A DNA stretch of 64,000 nt from Magallana gigas (taxonomy: Eukaryota), in contig NC_088861.1 of assembly GCF_963853765.1 (NCBI RefSeq), positions 21,356,281 through 21,420,280 on the forward strand, given 5' to 3'. The notes under the pieces are model-generated. The model was given only the letters and a program-made list of their open reading frames with translations, did no database searches and was not told the origin of the DNA. Below, one piece after another: positions 60,480 to 64,000 of the stretch (its first letter is position 1; each line of letters opens with the position of its first letter). A program made the translations under genes and the position numbers.

Positions 60480-61500
60480 AAAGATCTGGTCTACAAAACC
60501 ATGAATTCAGTTTTCCTTTCAGGTGTGTGGGAGTAAAGAAGATAATTTTTTAACATTATATGCATCAACACCTCTTAGCGCTCTACATCCATTTCCGCCC
60601 TGCCCTAGAGTCAAAACCCATACTCCAGGGGACATGAAAATTTAAATTTCAGTAGACTAGAACTTCCTGGTAAACGTAATTATAAGTCAGTTTTTTATAC
60701 AGATGTGTGAGAATAAAGAAGAACATTTTAAAACATATGCATTAACACTATATTGCCATATTGCCCCCCCCCCCCCCCATGTTCTAAACCCCTGACCCAA
60801 GGGCCATGAATTTCACAATTGAGGTAGAGGAGTTAGTGGAGTTATATGGGAGTAGAGAAGATTTTCTAAGATTAAACACATTTTTACTATATGGCCATAT
60901 TGGCCCCACCCTTTAGCCTGAACCCCTGACCCAGGGGTCATGCATTTCACAATTTGGTAGAGGGCCTCATGGTCATCATAACCATGCATTTAGTTTTTAA
61001 CAAATATATATGGGAGTAGAGAAGAGATTTTCTAAAAATTAATACATTTTTACTATATGGCCATATCCCCCCCCCCCCCCCCTCGAGCCTGAACCCCTGA
61101 CACAGGGTCATGAATTTCACAATTTAAGTAGAAGGCTTCATGGACATCATAATCATGTATTTAGTTTTTAACAAATATCTTTGGTAGTAGAGAAGAAGAT
61201 TTTCTAAGATTTAATACATTTTTACAATATGGCCATATTGGCCCCACCCTAGAGCCAAAACCCCTGACCCAGGGGCCATGAATTTCACAATTTTGGTTTA
61301 AGGGCTTCATGGACATCATAACTATGTAACCACTTTTTTCCTCACATGTGTGGGAGTAGAGAAGAAGATTTTTGAAAATTTGGCTATTTTTTTGCATATT
61401 TGGCCCCACATGTGGTGCCCTGGGGGTGGTAGAGTCATGAATTTCACAATTTAGATTCCTCTTACCAAAGAGATGCTTCACATAAAACTTACACCAAACA
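60480..61500 (+). repeat. ~180-bp satellite in about 5 units, each with a palindromic core cccctgacccaggggccatgaatttcacaatt.ggtagagggcttcatgg
   Basis: Units at about 60650, 60840, 61020, 61200 and 61380. The core motif is also present as a single copy at 23815-23880. Confidence 0.75.
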
Positions 61501-61917
61501 TGGTAACAATCAGCCTTGTAGTTTTTAAGAAGAAGTTAGAAATGTAAATTGTTAATGCATGACGGCGGACGAAAACGGACAGCAATAGTAAATTCAGGGT
61601 GACCTAAAAAAAATTGAATTTATAAGGAGTCTCTTCTTTTTGCTTGTCCTGATTTCAGATTATTCTGTCCTATTTCCTTTAAAAAACGATGCTACATGCC
61701 TGTACTTAACAACTTTACTGTGCATATATAATGGCAGCAATGCAGAGTTTGAAATTAAAGTTATATTTTTTGTAATGTTAGCGCAATCGTGATAAATCCG
61801 AAATTCCGAATTTACACGCGAGTTGCTGTCTTCTGTGTACCTGTAAGATAAGTCTGTTGGTTTGACGGTGTTATGTTTGGTTGTCAGACATTCAGTGTTA
61901 CCAAATAGAACAGATAC

Positions 61918-61955
<38 letters not shown>

Positions 61956-62019
61956 GAACAATAGGTATGATAAAATCAGCTTAATGGAGTCATAATACAA
62001 ACAATCTGGACAATGTACC

Positions 62020-63374
62020 GTATTTTCCCGACGATAAGTCGGTATTTTTTTTCTCTGAAGCAGAGCACTCGACTTATCGTCTTGATCGACTTGTCAAAGG
62101 CTTGAGGTCAGAAAATTGTGAAAATAGTATTAAAAACCTTGGTTTTAATCATCTTGAGCAGGCTGTGTTATTGAAAATTACGTTGTTGAATTCAATGTTC
62201 ATCTTTAATTATTATCATTTTCACTCATCTGTTGACACTAGAGTACATATTAATAACAGTTATTGAACAATGGTGCATTGTCTTTAATCAATTAAAAGTT
62301 TTACCGTTCCGTTTTTATAAACACATTGTGACATGATTCCATATATCACTATAGTAGGAAGATAATATTGCGCAGAAAAATTGAAACCAAACTTGGATGG
62401 AAAAAAATATTGCAGTAGGTCCGGGGAATGTTTCAAAGTATTATTATCTTATTAGTAAAGAGTTGTTAGTGAAAAGTATAAATAAGAAATATTTTATGGT
62501 CAAAATCAATTTTAAAATACGTAATCGGCAATTATCAACTCTACTGTTTATACGGTAGACTGATCCCGGTTGTGTTAATAATCTTGCTAAGGCTGACATC
62601 TATAGGCCTAAGGCAATTTCACTCCCTGTGTACATAAAGAGTACCGTTATAAGAGTGATTATAGTTCATTAATTAATTATTGTCCAATTCTTTATAAAAA
62701 ATTTATGAAACGTATGTATGTCGTATATAGTCATTATCAAGTCGTACAAATGATCGATCTATTCTAACAGTGTCTCTGTAAAACAATAGCGTGTAACTGT
62801 ATTACTGGATACAAAGTAAACAAGTTTCATCAAATCATAGTAATTGCTAAGCTTTCTGCACTTGAAATCCCCCTTTGAAGTCCGACACGAGACAGGTGCA
62901 TGCCTCTGACACCGGAAATTGTTAAACAAACATTGACCACGCGCCGAGTCAACAGGTGGCTGGTTACGTAATGGCGAATACACTGGCGATGGTTATAGTG
63001 GATAATTATTTTAATGCATGGGAATAAAATATTTCTGTCAAAGTAAGTTTAGTTTTGCATAACACGCGATATCAGGAATTGTTTACAATGCAAGCGACTT
63101 TGTAGATGTTGTCGGTATTTGAAAATATGATGCATAAGTATAAAAAGTAATTGTCTAAATGTTAATCATTAATAATAATTGGTAGCAATATCGGGGACAT
63201 AGTGGTATTATACACTGATAATGTTACTGCAGTTTTATACACCATTTTGAAGCGATAAGTTCGACGTGTCGTGTGAATCGACGTATCGTAGGATTTTGTT
63301 AAAATTTTGGCTAAAAATGAGCAATTCGACGAATCGTCCGCATCGACGATTCGTCGGGAAAATACGGTACAATA
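62020..63374. mobile_element. 1.35-kb non-autonomous TIR element (MITE-like) with terminal inverted repeats taccgtattttcccgacga / tcgtcgggaaaatacggta, inserted into a dispersed repeat
   Basis: TIRs at 62020-62045 and 63349-63374. Sub-terminal tcgacg-type repeats. No transposase ORF. The flanks 61925-62019 and 63375-63500 are contiguous in the paralogous uninterrupted copy at 23921-24130 (ggacaatgta|taataatacatgg), which is consistent with a TA target site. Confidence 0.7.
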
Positions 63375-63506
63375 ATACATGTAGATCCTGTATAAATAAA
63401 ATCCATTTTCCCCCCTGGATATTCTTATGTTTATAGTTATTAGTCCCTTTTCTAATAGGATGATTTTATAATCATATCACATGTTGAGTATTGCAGTTCT
63501 CAAACA

Positions 63507-64000
63507 AGAGGCCCAAGGGCCACATCGCTCACCTGAGCAACAATTGCCTAAATTCTGATCAAATTAGCATTACAGTATCAAAATATCTTGACAACTTAGT
63601 ACAGTAGATCTTTCTTAAAAAATTTGAAAATCTGCCATTTTTTATCCACCTCCTTTTTTTTGGTAAATACCAAGCCCCTTTTGTTGTACCTGTAAGAAGA
63701 TTTTTCTCTATTCCTATATACCCCCCCCCCCATTTCATGGCCCCACTTTTCTCTAGGGAATCATGGTTCAATCAAACTTAAATCTGCAAAACTTTCCCAG
63801 AATATTTTTAAAAATTTTCTCGATATATTCCTATGTAAAACCGCCATCACGGCCCCGCCCTACCACTGCATAGGGACTGTGATTTTGAAAACTTGAATTT
63901 ACACTACCCGATGATGCCTCTACACAAGTTTAAGCTTTTCTGGCCAAATAGTCTTTAAAAAGAAGATTTTTAAAGATTTTCTCTATATATTCCTGTATAA
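63507..64000 (+). mobile_element. Head of another composite satellite-carrier element (63507-63780) and the start of its satellite array, truncated by the window end
   Basis: Head caagaggcccaagggccacatcgctcacctgagcaacaattgcc..., followed by the poly-C tract and ttttctctagggaatcatgg as in the copies at 3852 and 25955. Confidence 0.55.

Noticed and set aside
1-64000. Prokaryotic-style defence, operon or CRISPR system
   Set aside because: GT-AG introns, the recalled similarity to vertebrate MVP, eukaryotic retrotransposon classes and satellites all indicate a metazoan genome. No bacterial gene organisation is present.

Overview
This window is eukaryotic DNA. The AT-rich, repeat-laden composition, GT-AG introns and a 160-bp satellite that I recall as resembling the oyster Cg170/HindIII family point to a bivalve mollusc; it is not a prokaryotic locus. 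Recognisable content, with no BLAST or HMM tools available: (1) the C-terminal ~330 codons of a major vault protein (MVP) gene on the minus strand, recovered as eight GT-AG-bounded exons from 42411 down to a TAA stop at 3574. Its introns are enormous and hold almost everything else in the window. (2) An intact, intronless 484-aa ORF on the opposite strand inside an MVP intron, combining a SWIM-type zinc finger (CxCx(n)CxH) with a YqaJ-like PD-(D/E)XK exonuclease domain, preceded by a ~480-bp tandem duplication. (3) At least four tyrosine-recombinase (YR) retrotransposon copies of the DIRS/Ngaro group. One looks intact with gag, RT-RNaseH and YR ORFs (29.86-34.5 kb, minus strand). One is degraded but keeps textbook DIRS terminal inverted repeats plus an internal complementary region (44.48-50.84 kb). 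One is a different family with RT, RNase H and YR (53.2-56.9 kb). One is a 3' fragment bounded by near-identical 158-bp direct repeats (34.65-37.26 kb). (4) Many copies of a composite non-autonomous element: a conserved ~250-bp head (caagaggcccaggggccacatcgctcacctgagc...), an internal array of the 160-bp satellite, and a conserved ~250-bp tail ending in a hairpin (ttgagcctttggctcaggtga). This matches the Helentron/HINE-type satellite carriers reported for oysters. (5) A 7-kb hairpin-rich tandem array (8.9-15.8 kb) carrying more than 20 perfect ETS-type ACCGGAAGT cores, often as head-to-head palindromes, followed by a 60-bp minisatellite with a perfect 13-bp-stem hairpin. (6) A 1.35-kb TIR-bounded MITE-like insertion (62020-63374) whose empty site is preserved in a paralogous repeat copy at about 23995 in the same window. 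(7) Several other satellite families and microsatellites. No rRNA, no convincing functional tRNA and no CRISPR array.
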